Source of the DNA: Obrimoposthia wandeli
Lineage: Eukaryota
NCBI GenBank assembly: GCA_977020255.1
Contig: CDROCS010000253.1
Coordinates: 1,302,001-1,366,000, forward strand
DNA length: 64,000 nt
Direction: 5' to 3'
The first letter of the stretch is position 1; each line of letters begins with the position of its first letter. Both the position numbers and the translations under genes were made by a program. The notes under the pieces were generated by a model. The model made no database searches. It was not told where the DNA came from and saw nothing but the letters and a program-made list of their open reading frames with translations. Shown piece after piece: positions 63,725-64,000 of the stretch.

Positions 63725-64000
63725 CAGCATTACCAAAATATATCAATTTAACTGATGATGCATTACAAGCAGATGTGACTGATATTATCCTTAGCTATCA
63801 GTCATACAGATAGCTAAATTAGTCTTATAAACTATAAAAGGCATGCTAGATGGCGATTACATTTGGAGCTCTTCTTAAACGTATCTTTTTATAATGGTTC
63901 CAATAGTGTTCCATGAGAACTTTAAGACAAGTATATATCCAAACCACTTGAAGCTAGGTGTTTCAAGGGACAGCATTGGGCTGGTGTAGAAACACTTTAT

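Overview
AT-rich gammaproteobacterial chromosome segment. Gene order and rRNA look Colwellia-like (Alteromonadales); this is an inference, not a database result. The window is mostly core genome: ubiE-ubiJ-ubiB, rep, ubiK, queG, nnr-tsaE-amiB-mutL-miaA-hfq-hflX-hflK-hflC, purA, a malic enzyme, sthA-fabR-trmA, a complete rRNA operon (16S, tRNA-Ala, 23S, 5S) and dusA. Accessory parts are a BCCT transporter with a DEDDh nuclease and cNMP-CBS-nucleotidyltransferase pair, a TetR-MFP-RND efflux operon, a decayed exosortase-A/PEP-CTERM polysaccharide locus (gene fragments, an intact WecB-WecC fusion, PrsT and a PrsT stub), an intact ISAs1 with a 10-bp target duplication, ERIC-like miniature inverted-repeat elements and a broken dusA-associated integrase. 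The strongest unexplained signals are: (i) an orphan four-hairpin sRNA candidate with an exposed anti-Shine-Dalgarno loop upstream of ubiE; (ii) an intact 974-aa hybrid-kinase-like protein whose three phosphorelay residues all appear substituted; (iii) an unannotated 30-aa membrane peptide with RBS and terminator downstream of dusA; (iv) tandem degenerate 5S-3'-half plus terminator units after the rRNA operon; (v) the nucleotidyltransferase/DEDDh pair as a possible writer/eraser system for transport. No CRISPR array was seen.
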